Assembly: GCA_026025075.1 (NCBI GenBank)
Contig: JAPEUI010000034.1
Span: 62,001-126,000, forward strand
Direction: 5' to 3'
Length of the DNA stretch: 64,000 nucleotides
Origin: Vezdaea acicularis
Lineage: Eukaryota
The notes under the pieces: generated by a model
Databases searched by the model: none
What the model was told of the DNA's origin: nothing
The model's input: only the letters and a program-made list of their open reading frames with translations
In this document: positions 38,749 through 50,552 of the stretch, piece after piece
How the letters are laid out: every line of letters starts with the position of its first letter
Numbering within the stretch: position 1 is the stretch's first letter
Translations under genes and position numbers: made by a program

Positions 38749-41229
38749 TCACTCTGCCATGAAGATCGACCCGCCATTCACAATTCCACTCGCGATCTTC
38801 ACTGACCCATTGACCGTGGACTGGTAGTAGATGTTGCAGAGAGATTTCGCGGCGCCCGGCGCAAACGGCATGAGGGCGTTGAAGGTACCGACGTCGGTAA
38901 TGTATCGAACGAATCGGCTGCCGCTGCTGTAGCCCTGACGAATGGCATCCTGCACGTTCTGGATTGCTTGGCTGGACGAGATTTGCTGGCCGTTGAGGAC
39001 GATGGCCCACACGCTCCACGCATCGACGGTGTACGCGGTCGGCGATACCAGGGGGTAGTCGCTATCCTTGCTGACGGTCAAGGTGCGGCCGCCTGCTGCT
39101 TGAGCACCAGGATGCGGCGCTGGTTAGTGCCCTCGTACTCGTAGATGAGGGTCAGCGCCTGCGTCAGCTCGGGCTGGGCCTTGAGCGGCGTCTTGGCCAG
39201 GTTGAGGAGATTACCGGCGTCCAGCGTCAATGTCTGGTTTGACGCGATCTTCTCTCGGAGGTCGCTGGCGATGCTCGTCCCGTAAATGTCGGCCGAGAGG
39301 ATCTTCAGCGCTGCGGGGGCAGGAGGTGCCGGGGCCGGGGTAGGCGGCAACGGGTCGGGTTTCTTGAGCGGTGTGGCTCCAATCACAGCGGGTGGAGGTG
39401 GCGGCGGAGGGAAGCTCAAAAACGAGATGGTCTTCGTCGTGCTGGTTCCATCGGCCTGGGTCGGCGACACGGGCACCGGCATCACGTCTTCCCAGACCTC
39501 GGGAGCGATGAGCGAGGCAAAGTCGAATTTCTTGCCGCTATCTGGGGCAGGATCCTTCGACGTTTCCGCAACCTCTACCGCATCGTCTTTGCCAGGTTGA
39601 GGTTGCGGCTGACCGTAGCGGGCTTCGTAGATGATACTGTTGATAGTGATATCTGCCGGGGCCGGCGCACTATCAAGACTGCGCTTGAGAATGCCGGGGT
39701 CGCGCGTGAGGAGGTCGACCTGAACAAAGGCAAGACATCAGCTCGACATGGCAAGGGCGAAGCTTCTTACCGCCTCGACAATCTTGCTCATCTCCTTTCG
39801 CAGAGCCGCACGGACGGCTACCAGAGTCGGTATCTCGGTGGAGATGGCGTTGTGCTTGGATGCTTGCACTGCATCAACGGTGTCAGTCTTATCTAAAGCG
39901 GCCGCTTAGTGATCGTGGTACTGATATCGACTGACTTTTGTATTTGTCCCGATTTGCCATAATGCCCTGAACCAGCTTGAGGAGTTGCTTGTAGTCCATG
40001 AAGTTCTCAAAAAGCTCGGCCGTGTAACTGTTCACGGCGTCGTACTCCAGGGAGATGAAATTCATCTCGCTCGACCACTCTACAAAGGATCGATTCGCGG
40101 TATACTTGGTCAAGATGGCCCTTGTTGGCTCTGTCAGTCGTGGTCAGCCAGGTTCATTGCCTGGGCAGCCTACCAAGTTCGTTGAGGACAGGTCTCGACC
40201 CGCGAAGGAAAAGCCGCAGCCGAGGCAAACATCGAGGTTATATCCCAGGGTACATTGGCTAGATCAATGGTGAGTGAGGCTATCTTGATCCAGCGTTTAC
40301 CACCGAAGATCGTGAGCGCCTACGTTCTTTAATCTGGCCACCACCCATCCAGCTCACGCCAATCGTACTTTCCGTGTTATTGCGTATCGTGTTGATGGCG
40401 TCGCCGGAGCCCTGTGACATGGGATCAAGGGAGAAATCCGAGGATTCGCCGGCGCTCAGAGCTTGCTTGACCCTAGAAAGTCCCTTCAGCATATGGAGGA
40501 GGAGGAGATGCAGACGAGAGTCCCTTACGACGTGGTCACTTTACCGACCTTCGACCGGTCCAGCACACGAAGACTGAGGATCTGAAAGAGTTCAGCAGAG
40601 CAATGATCAGGCTGGGGAACATCTTCTCGTTGAAGTTGTGTGTGTGGGACGTACCCCTGTATATTCCCCGCCTTCGATGAAACCTGGTCTGAATTAGAGA
40701 TTTGGAAGAGATTTGGAAGACCACATGTCCTGCTGGACGAACCGGAGATATAGCAATCGCCATAGAAGTCATTGAAGGTATTTGAGTTTGCGTTGAGATT
40801 CTTGATCGGTTTGAAGGTGCAGCTATCTTTCAAAATGGACGTTTGATTCACAACCTTGACCGAGACGACGGCGTTGATGTCCGAGGCCTTGATCTTGTCC
40901 TCGTTGACGGTGTTGGCACTGCCCGCCACCTCGACAGTCCCCTTCTTAATCGACGAACAGTAGGAGATGTTCAATGTCTCGACGACATCACTCAACGTCT
41001 CGACGACGCGAGACGAGTACGTTACAACCTACGAACAACATGACCTGAGCCAACGAAGCAGAATGAATGAGACTGGGAGCATGCCAACCTGTGCGGTGTT
41101 TTGTCCTCGAACGAGGGAACTGCTCTCCACAACATCAACGGCATTGTCAATACAGATTGCTTGTGTGTACGAATTGAAGCCCATGCCCAAGCGCATCGAG
41201 TCATTGTAAGGCGCGAGAAGGAGCGTCAT
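38749..41229 (-). CDS. MACPF-like protein A (about 8 introns): N-terminal MACPF-like domain, Pro-rich linker, two putative lectin-like C-terminal domains; apparent frameshift near 39090
   Basis: Spliced: MTLLLAPYNDSMRLGMGFNSYTQ...FNDFYGDCYISG|FIEGGEYTG|ILSLRV...VSWMGGGQIK...WDITSMFASAAAFPSRVETCPQRTW|AILTKY; YGDCY-x6-GG has the MACPF signature spacing; canonical introns; no signal peptide. Confidence 0.7.
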
Positions 41230-41700
41230 GATTGTCGTGATGATGGCACTGCAAGATCGAGTCCTTTTTCCGCGTCTTTCTGTCGTCGAAGGGAGGATGT
41301 GTCAAGAAGCAATGAGGAACGGGGTTGATCCAGCGAAGGCGAAGAGCTCGAGGGGAATGGTCAGGGTGCAAGAGAGGATCGACCAAGACGCTGACGCATG
41401 ACTGATATGACATGGGAATCATCGAGACTTCAAGTGATGCATGCGCTGAAAGGTCCCATCAAGCGACGGAGCTGACTCGAAAGAGCGGGAGCGGACTCGA
41501 AGGAGATACAGAATCCGAATTGGCAGGTATAGACCTAGAACTAGGGCTAAAACCAGAACTCGAAGCAGCAGAAGCGGGGAAAAGGTCATCATGGGCCTAT
41601 CGGAGTGAGTGAAAGCCGCCTCCTCTTCCTGATCAAGATGCTCTCGAGTGATCTTCAGGTATCCTAACGTAAAATTCTGGCTGCGGCTGAAGGTCACGGA

Positions 41701-42175
41701 GCTCCTGGTGCATTATCTCACGAAGAATCGTCCAATGGACATGGTAGCGATCGGAAAGTCACAAGCTCGGTGATCACACGGAGCGCATAGCCAACGCCTC
41801 ACCCTCTCAATCGAGCGCTCTGCTGATGAACGATCTTGATGCTTCATGCTTTTTCGAAGCTCCTGGTGCATTGCTTCACAAATGATCGTCCAATGGACGT
41901 GGCCGCAAGTGGAAGGCCAGAAGCCCCGGTGATCAGGCGGAGCGTATATTCGACGCCTCACTCTCTTAATCAAGCTCTCTGCTGATGAACGATCTTGATG
42001 CTTCATGCTTTTTCGAAGCTCCTGGTGCATTGCTTCACAAATGATCGTCTAATGGACGTGGCCGCAAGTGGAAGGCTAGAAGCCTCGGTGATCAGGCGGA
42101 GCGTATAGTCGACGCTTCACTCTCTTAATCAAGCTCTCTACTGGTGAGTTGTCTTGATTCTTCATGCTTTTCGGA
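41701..42175 (-). repeat. Three tandem 158-159 bp units encoding a 53-aa His/Cys/Trp-containing repeat; degraded (pseudogene-like)
   Basis: gctcctggtgcat recurs at 41701, 41859 and 42018; minus-strand unit KSMKHQDRSSAESLIKRVRRRIYAPPDHRGFWPSTCGHVHWTIICEAMHQELR; TGG>TAG stops in the 42018 unit. Confidence 0.85.
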
Positions 42176-42804
42176 CCGCAGCTACTATCGAGCAATTGTG
42201 CACTAGCAACGTGTTCAAGCCATCGCTGAGCAAAGGCCAATAGTTGAAATTGAAGGGCTTTTCGATGAACAGTGTAATAATTATAATTATGCAGCCACAT
42301 GGAACCCCGTACGGAATCTACTCCCCGGTTAACGCTAACGCCATCGACTCGATTAACTAGAGCCAGCGGCACGGAATGCATTCGGTTGCAGTGGAGCGAT
42401 CGGCACGGGAGCGTATCCGATCAGAGCTAGCGGCCCGCCTCTATTCCTGTGGCCAGTTGATGACATCCTTGTCCACACACCCCCGCCACATCATCCCTGA
42501 ACGTCTTTCGATCTTTCCTTTTCCTCTCTGTTCTCGATTGCAATGAATCCACTTGCTCGCTTGTTTTGGCGCTGAACTTTCCAATTATGTTGATATCTCT
42601 ACACCCTCTGAGTAGTATGACACCTTCTTGATTCGATCTTGGCTGAGAAGGCAGCTGAAGAGAATGCTCTAGATCATGATATGAGGCATTATCACAGTGT
42701 GTACTTTGTTCAAGAGATCTATTTTCGCTAGCTTGGTGGCTAACTATTACACATTATGGATCGCTGCTTTACAAAATCAAATACAGTAACACATTTTACC
42801 TTTC

Positions 42805-43340
42805 TTAGAACCTGGTGTGCCCGTTCTCGGCCGCAATGACTGCCTGAATGCGCTTGACCATCAAATTCACCAGTTCCAAGACGTACTCTCGAGGAATCAG
42901 AGCCCATTCCTCACAAATAGTTTTCTGTAGACTCTTGAGCGTATGGGCGTGTCGGTGCCAGACTCATTTTTAAATGTAATATCAAATATGCTCTTTTGTG
43001 TATCTTCGTCCCATATTCTCTTTCTTTAAGGCCGTACGCAAGGCCACATCTATCACTCTTGTCTTGAACTGCAACGCCAATGCCGAGATTAGCAACCAAT
43101 GTTTTGTTAGACTGGCCTTGATGAAGTCAACTAGAAGCTTCCGTTTGGGCGTGTTGATAAGCATCGGACGACCACTGCGTTTAGAAGGGGTGATGGGCTT
43201 GCTCAGAAGGTAAGAAATCCAGCGTTGATTATGCCCGTCACTTCCATAATCTCTCGTTGGTTCTTTCTAAGTCCTGCAAGCAGATGAATCTTCGCTTTCT
43301 GGCGTACGGTCGCATGTTGTGTCACTGTTAACTGTTAATG
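42805..43340 (-). mobile_element. Internally deleted Tc1/mariner transposon relic (HTH N-terminus and C-terminal tail; DDE core missing)
   Basis: N-part RQKAKIHLLAGL..QREIMEVTG..TPSKRSGRPMLINTPKRKLLVDFI; C-part LQKTICEEWALIPREYVLELVNLMVKRIQAVIAAENGHTRF*. Confidence 0.75.
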
Positions 43341-43738
43341 GTTGGTTCTGTCCGGTCCAAAGCAGCGAGAGAAAAAGGAGTTCGTGGCGCTGAAGCTAGC
43401 GAAAACATACTCCCCGAACGCAGTATGAGCATTTTGAACCCCCTAAGCAGGCCAATCAAGCTGTCCCTCGAGTCAGATGGCACATAACCAGCGGAACAGC
43501 ACACCGCCGGAGGAGGGACGCCACCATTGGCTCTTCTGCCTCGCTGTCTGGTTGAAGAGGAGTAGATCACGATCCCCGCTTCTTTTCGGTGTTGCATGAC
43601 CAGGTCCATCCCAGAGCGTGTCCAGCTTTCCCTTCCTCGATCCTTTACCTTCCTCGATAATCAACCTCCCTAACGTTCATCAGTCCTCTACAAACTACGA
43701 ATGAGAATCAAAAAGCCACTCGACTTCAGAACGCAACG

Positions 43739-46293
43739 ATGAGCGCAGAAACACTGACTGTTGGTATTTCCAAGCACCGTTGATCTTGGCACTGTACCTG
43801 ACTCAATATGATAGGCGACTCCTGGAGCGGCGGATGCAAGTACCAAGTCTGCCGACGTTAAAGACTCGGGAGCACAGCAACCGCCTGCGGTCGAAGAAGC
43901 GGCAGCGACAGGTGAAGATGCTACGGGAAAAGGTATCCGCAATCACGGCGCATATCCTTGAGAGATACTGATGTAACTCGGCCGTTCGTAGCTCCTGCGA
44001 TGAAGATCGATAATAAGTTGCCAGACATGCCCGATGTCAAAGCCGCCCCCTTCACAAGCAAAGCCAAAGCCTCCTTTGCTGACGTGACGTCGTTCACCGT
44101 CGGTGCTTCGAACATGGGTGCAGGTGGCCTGAACAAATCACAGTGGACCACCGTCTTGTCCAACTGCGGCGTTTTCTATGGCTGGTTGGTCGACGTCGAA
44201 TCCAGTCGTATTGTACAGGCTCCAAAACCAGCCTTCCGGCTCCGATCAAAGCGAGACCCAGTTCCAGAGTCGAAAGCTCTCGATGCTGGGCCATCCACCG
44301 CGCTAGTCCCTGCGCCTGCTCCAACGACATCCGGGCCAGATCCGAATGCCAATGCTGCAATCGTTGATACTGGCAGCACCAAAGACACGACGGACTCGGG
44401 GATTCCCAATTTCCGCGTCAATGACGGATCGCATATCGAGATCACCGCCTGTGAGCATGAGTTCGAGATCTCCATGGCTCGCAACGACTTCAGCACGAAT
44501 GCAACCGAGCTCTCGATTGGTGGCACCGTCAAAGGTGTTAGCGCCTCCATCTCTGCCGGCTTTTCCAACTCCAAGTCCAAAACGAACACGGCCCTGAGCA
44601 ACACGTACAAGAAGACCTTAGTTGCACGATACCTATATCCACGGTGTGACATCTTCTTGAATGCGGACGATCTGGAGCCGTCGCCGGAACTGGCCCAGGC
44701 CATTGATCTTGTGAAGAGAACCAAGAGTATCAAGCACTTGAGAAAATTGCATGCCGACTTTGGGAATCTCTTCTGCCAGAATCTCACCCTCGGCGCTCGT
44801 TTGACGTCCACGAAGATCATTACCTCCGATGTCACGAAATCCGAGCAGGAGCAAAAGGAGCAGTTCAAGGTTTCGTTCGGATTAGCCGTCAGCACACCCA
44901 AGGAGGCCAAGTTCGCTGGCGAGGTCGCACTCAAGACGGAACACACCAAGGGATTCACCGAGTCGGTCAATACCACCAACAATACCGCCACGGAATCCAA
45001 TGTCTTTGAGGCTGCTAGCGGCGACACCATCCTGGCCAACAATCCCGTCGCCTGGGCTCCGACTGTGTCAAGTCCCGAGTTGTGGCGCGTTATCAATCGC
45101 GACGATCTCTCTGCCCTCTTCGATGTCGTCGTCCAATTCCCTGGATATGAAAAGGTTCGCAGTTATTTCGTGCAAGCCATTCCTGCGCTCAGTCGCTACG
45201 TTACCCTCGACGAAGGTCATCGGGAGGTTGTGCGGCTTAAATTGGTTGCTCCCCTGAATAATCTGTCTCTTGATGGCCAAACCTTTCCTGCTTACTATCT
45301 CGGCCATAAGAGAGACGTGATGTGCACACCACGCCTGATGGGTGTTTCGGGTCAAGTCGAGGACTTCTGGACGGCAGTTGAATACACGCAGGAGCTGCCG
45401 CTGTTCAGCCCCAAGACGTATGTCGCCCGTCCGTAGCTGATGATGAGACTGACAAAGATAGCTTTCGGGGGCCCGCGATCATCGGCTATGCGAATAATAT
45501 GGTCGGAGATAGCATGTTCGGCGCAAAGTACAATCCAGACTTTGCGCAAACCACATGGAGCATCACTGCGCCGTTCAGTGAAAAAGTAAGAGGGTCATCA
45601 TTCTTGCGTAATGGTGTTGGACTAACCGACCATCAGCTCACCCACGGTTGTCGAGTTGTGCTCGGGACACAGCCGTATGTCGATTCGACCTTGATACCAA
45701 AGCCTGGTGAAGTGAGCGTGCCGCCTCCTCCTGTATCCTTCATGGTGGTGTTCCGAAACCAGCAAGGCGTATTTCTTCCAGGAATGAGCGAGAGCGACGA
45801 GGTCCAATACTGGCGAGTCATGAAGAAGGATAGCACCCGAGTCGGTGAACATATCAAGGAAGGTGACGAATTACGCTTCTGTTGGTCGTTCAGCGACCAA
45901 ACCACCGGCTATCGCGACTACACCAACGATGTCTTTGGACGTCGCAGCATCCAACCCCCCCCGGAGGCCCCGGGTGATCTCCTGTACATGAAAATACCCT
46001 GGCCAAGATTCGAGACCGGCGGTACGCCCAACTCCATGATCATGACACCCTCGCCAAGCACGGATCTAGAAGCCTTCAACATTCCAGTCCTCCCCGCCAA
46101 AGGCAAGGACTTCACTTACGTGATGCAAGACGTGGTCTTCCGCATCAATTCCGTGCCGAATGGGGGAAGAGGTGACTCCAACGACTACTTGATGAGGTCC
46201 GTGGCACAGTTGGGGGACAAGATGACTTACTATGGTTATCAGAAAGACGGGTCTGCTTCAATGAGTTTTGTCCATGAAGCCTTCTATTTCTAA
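43739..46293 (+). CDS. MACPF-like protein B (5 exons) with a C-terminal possibly beta-trefoil/MIR-like domain
   Basis: Introns 43760-43814, 43933-43991, about 45418-45461 and about 45586-45636; FGNLF-x6-GA signature variant; two Ser/Thr/Gly-rich alternating segments (TELSIGGTVKGVSASISAGFSNSK; FKVSFGLAVSTPKEAKFAGEVALKTEHTKG); WAPTVSSPELWRVI; no signal peptide. Confidence 0.78.
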
Positions 46294-46739
46294 GCAGCAG
46301 TAGATTGACGTAGCAACGTATGGTGATTCTTTTCATTTCTTATTACTGCAGTACACATGCTTGTTGTTAGGACAGACACATGGTGTAGCTAAACCCCTTT
46401 TGGACCTCTGGACTGAGGCAGGCAATAGAGACAGAGTGATGCCAAACGACGATGTTGTGGCACGAGGAGACCAGGCTCGCAGCATCGAGTCCATAAATGG
46501 TCTATTGAGTACAATCTCTTTGTATCCTTCATGACTAATGTGAGCGCGATATGTGGTTATGCTGTATGGTTTGCAACGAAGTCTTAGGCCCTGTCCGTCC
46601 GAGACTAATCACAATACAAGGTGGTTCTTGAGTACGGGATCAAACTTCTACTTATGTGTAGAATGTTCAGAATACAACTGTTTCCAGATCATGAATATCA
46701 CATACAACTATAGAATTAAAAAAACTCAACATTATGTCT

Positions 46740-48783
46740 AGTTTTAATATATTAGTTTATATAGCAGTGAATTGAAAATTATTTGAATTTGTAATATTAT
46801 TTAAATATATGTTACAATTAACTATTTATTTTTGTTAGTTTTTAATGTGTAAACATTATGTAATGTTTAGATTTATAATATAGATTGAAATTATATAAAA
46901 TTTAAATATTTTATTTTTATTAATTGTTAAGGTCTAATGTCAGGATAGATTAGTAATTTATTAAAAGCATAAATTTTTATAAACACGTGAGCTAATTTTC
47001 AAGAATTTAAAAATTTGCCGGCAAAATTTAAATATAGTGATAGTAGTTAAAGTCAAAACAAAATAAGATAAAATAAATGTAAATTGTTGTTTTCTCTATG
47101 TTAAATGCGTTAGCACATCTTTAGCAATAATTTATACCTAAAGTAAATTGGCAATTAGAAGACGTTTAATTGATAAATTTAATATATATATGAAGCTAAG
47201 TTTGTGTAAAATGCCGCATCAGCTACTTATAATATATTAGTGTGTTTTAAGAAACTATTTTTGCTTAAAGCATATTGGCAATTAAGATGACGTTTAGTAA
47301 ACAAATTTCTTATATATATATTAAGCCAAGCGTATTAGAAATGCAAGATTAAGTAATTTTAATTTAATAGTTAATTTTTGAGAATAGCATTAATAGCAGT
47401 CGTCTATCTATATCTATATTTCATACTGCTGTAAAATAGACTGATTAGATGCTGTAGATAGTCTACTATAAAGATGAACACAATGGCTGCCCCTGAATCT
47501 GAGAGCGTAGTAGGCCAAACATTATTTGTGGCCTGCTTACAGTATTATTGCGTGTTAAATGAGCTATAGAAATTGGCAGATTGCCGGCAATAGCTAACAA
47601 TATCATTGAGTGATATAAGAATAGAAATATAGCAATATAACAGATGAACAGCGATTACATAAATAGATTCTAATAACTAACTATGAGTTAAAGTTATTTT
47701 ATGCCAAATCCCTAGCAGGATCAGCTTGATATATATATTAGGGGCATGTTGACTAAGCGCCTTCTGAGCGCCGCCAGCCTATAAGCAAAAACAGCCATCT
47801 AGAATGCGTTGACGTGCCATAGACGGATGCTACTGCATTCTTATATCTACATACACTTAAATATATATAACATATAGTAGGACTATTAGCAATACGTATA
47901 TGTTACTCTTTTTACTATGTTTTTGGATTCAGAGATAACTATAGTGCTCATTCTTACAACCTGTCAAAGATTTAATATTAAATAACTCTAGATCAATAGT
48001 TAGTTCTTGCGCATATAATATATATTATCCATTTTATTGCTCTAAATATATCTCACTAAATATTATAATTAACCTACATCCATCTGCAGATTGTATGTAA
48101 AAATGCAGCATTAATTATTTATGACGCGGCGTCAATATGCCATCAATGGCTACTCTTGCTTAAAGCATGTTGACAATCAGAAAACGCTTAGTCAATAAGT
48201 TTCTGATATATATATTGAGTCAAGCCCACTAGAGACTTAGTATTGATGTAATAACTGTACTAGCCTCTAGCTCCTATCAAAACCTTTGAAATAGATAAGG
48301 AGTAGAGAAGCTAGCTTTGCTTCTGCTTTGCTTTAGCTTTGTTGCTGCTTTGTCTAGCTTCTTAGCATCTAACATAAGGCCCGATGAGCTTCAGATCACT
48401 TGACATAGACAAGCGTAGCTATCAGAGCTGCTGTTTCTCTTAGAATAGCTTTTCAGCAATCAACTCATCTATTCATCTAAATAACCAGTAGGAAGACATC
48501 TTTGCTTTGCTTCGTCTGACCTTTGTCTTGTTTTGTCTTATCTTGTTTTGCCTTGCTCTAGCTATTATCACTGCACCTAATTTTTGCTTGCAAATCCTTG
48601 AGTCCTTGAGAGTTAGCTCACACCCCTACATATTTTTGCCTTCTGACAAAGCACTAGCTTGTCTTTACAATGATATAATAGATGCTCTACGGTGATATGA
48701 ATAGATTCTAATAGCTAGCTATAAGCCAAAACTATTCAATGCCAAGTCTTTAAGGGCGCGCTAACTAGGCGCCCTCTGAGCAC
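46740..48783. repeat. AT-rich decayed repeat tract with several copies of LTR-like family E in both orientations
   Basis: Motif gcttagtcaa..tatatatat at about 47150-47200, 47276-47330 and 48120-48240 (forward), and about 47630-47820 and 48670-48783 (reverse). Confidence 0.65.
48247..48669. mobile_element. Solo LTR family A, copy 1
   Basis: TGTAATAACT...CTTTACA termini; aligns by eye with 48784-49195 and 58343-58754. Confidence 0.85.
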
Positions 48784-49195
48784 TGTAATAACTATATTAG
48801 CTCCTAGCTTCTATCAAGACTTTTGGGATGAATAAGGGGTAAGAGAGCTGGCTTTGCTTCAGCTTTGCTTCTGCTTTGCCTAGCCCCCTAGCACCTAACA
48901 TAAGGCCAGGTGGTCCTTAGATCACCTGACATAGATAAGCGTAGCTATTAGAACTGCCGCTTCCTTTAGGAGAGCTCTTCAGCAATCAATTCATCTATTC
49001 ATCTGAATAACTAGTAGGAAGGCATCCTTGCTTTGCTTTGTCTGACCTTCGTTCTGTTTTGTCTTACCTCATCTTGCCTTGCTCCAGCTATTACCACTGC
49101 ACTTAGTCTTTGTTTGCAAGTTCTTGAGTTCTTGGGAGTTAGCTTGCATGCCTACAAACCCTTGCTCCTTCACAAAGCACTGGCCTGTCCTTACA
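48784..49195. mobile_element. Solo LTR family A, copy 2
   Basis: TGTAATAACT...CCTTACA; same orientation as copies 1 and 3. Confidence 0.85.
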
Positions 49196-49607
49196 ATAAT
49201 CATGGACCTCAATTCTTCACTTCTTATATAAGCTCAGATGCCAACAGATGTTCTTCTACTTTTAAATGTCAACGTTAAACATTCAGCAAGATATTTTCTT
49301 CTGACTTATGCCATATCCACACAATTCTGCTGTTTAATCCTAATTCTATATTGCATTTATCACTAGAAAGTACTTTAGCACAATCTTCAGATGTTTAATA
49401 TCCATATGCTTTAGCAAATGCTAGACGCACGTTTTTATGCTTATGATTTAAGAATGGTTTGCGTCTAGCAATCCTAAAGTGACATCCAAACTCATCTAAA
49501 GCCGCTCTAATTATAGATGCACTGCAGTTGAAAATGCGGCATAATTCTGCTATTAAGATATCTCTATCCTGAATAGCTATTCTAACTAGCCTCCGTCTAT
49601 CTCTTAT

Positions 49608-50294
49608 TGTAAGACGCCGCTGTGGCTTTCTTGGTGACTCGCCAGCGGAGCTATAGTAGCTAAGCAAAATGAGCGCCGCTTAAAGTCTAGCCCAGGGGAA
49701 GCGATGATCTAACCCCTCTTCTATATATGCCTAATGGCGCTACTCTGGTGGCTTATCATCGAATAGTCTTATTCATATATTATAGCTAAGATATACAAGA
49801 CTTCATAGCAATTCCATTATATCTCTCTAAGCCCATTATATTTATATCGTCTCATTTAATCGGGCAACTATCATTATACCTGCCATATTGTCACAAATGT
49901 ACCCATTCCGTGATCGCAGCCTGCGTTATGCCTGCGCTAGGCTTGAGTCACGTGATGCACCATAGATAAGAATGCGGGGAAGCGCTGAGGCATTGCTCTC
50001 CAGCATTCAATACACAATCCACATAAATGTATTCATTGACTGCTGCTATGTTCTATACTCCTTGATACCTTTGGTGACTATTCTGATTGATGCTTGCGCT
50101 GCGCCGGATACGGCTTAGTTTGCTGCCTGCTTGTACGCCTACGCCTCACATATATATCATTATATCTAGCTACTGTAGCCTCATAGCCCGCGTACGTCTT
50201 GCTGAGCGTACGCCTCCTTGCCGCAGGCAGAACACAGGCGTCGTACGTCTGCCACGCTCTCAGAAAAGGGGCATAACTTGTGCTTGTCCTTATA
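49608..50294 (+). mobile_element. Solo LTR family B (same family as the Gypsy 5' LTR at 58868), interrupted by LTR C
   Basis: TGTAAGACGCCGC start, similarity to 58868-59268, perfect 5-bp TSD CTTAT at 49603-49607 and 50295-50299. Confidence 0.9.
49889..50150 (+). mobile_element. Solo LTR family C nested inside LTR B
   Basis: TGTCACA...CCTCACA termini; TSD CATAT/TATAT (one C>T); LTR-B sequence resumes on both sides. Confidence 0.85.
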
Positions 50295-50552
50295 CTTATC
50301 GAAAGGCATTTAGGCCTGCCGCTCTAGGGCCGGCAAGCCGTGAGATTGTTGGGGTTCTCTTTCGCTTGAACTACCGCTCTTGAAATTTGACTGAGAGAGA
50401 TATGTTCATTTTTCACAATAGTTCTATACGAGACCTTATGTCTCACAAGGGCTAGGACAGCGGACGCTTTCCGAGAGGTCATATGCCGATGCGCTATCAT
50501 TTTGCTGCAAAGTGAATGCTTCTACGACTATCTAAAGCTTCAATTGAGTCCC

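Noticed and set aside
41701..42175. CRISPR-like array
   Set aside because: Eukaryotic context; whole 159-bp units repeat with no unique spacers, and there are no cas genes
44176..45096. 306-aa antisense ORF
   Set aside because: Shadow of the GC3-rich MACPF gene B; no motifs
48507..49278. Two similar hydrophobic small ORFs (MLRLTFVLFCL / MLCLTFVLFCL) resembling secreted peptides
   Set aside because: Chance translations of pyrimidine-rich LTR-A sequence, starting at TTG
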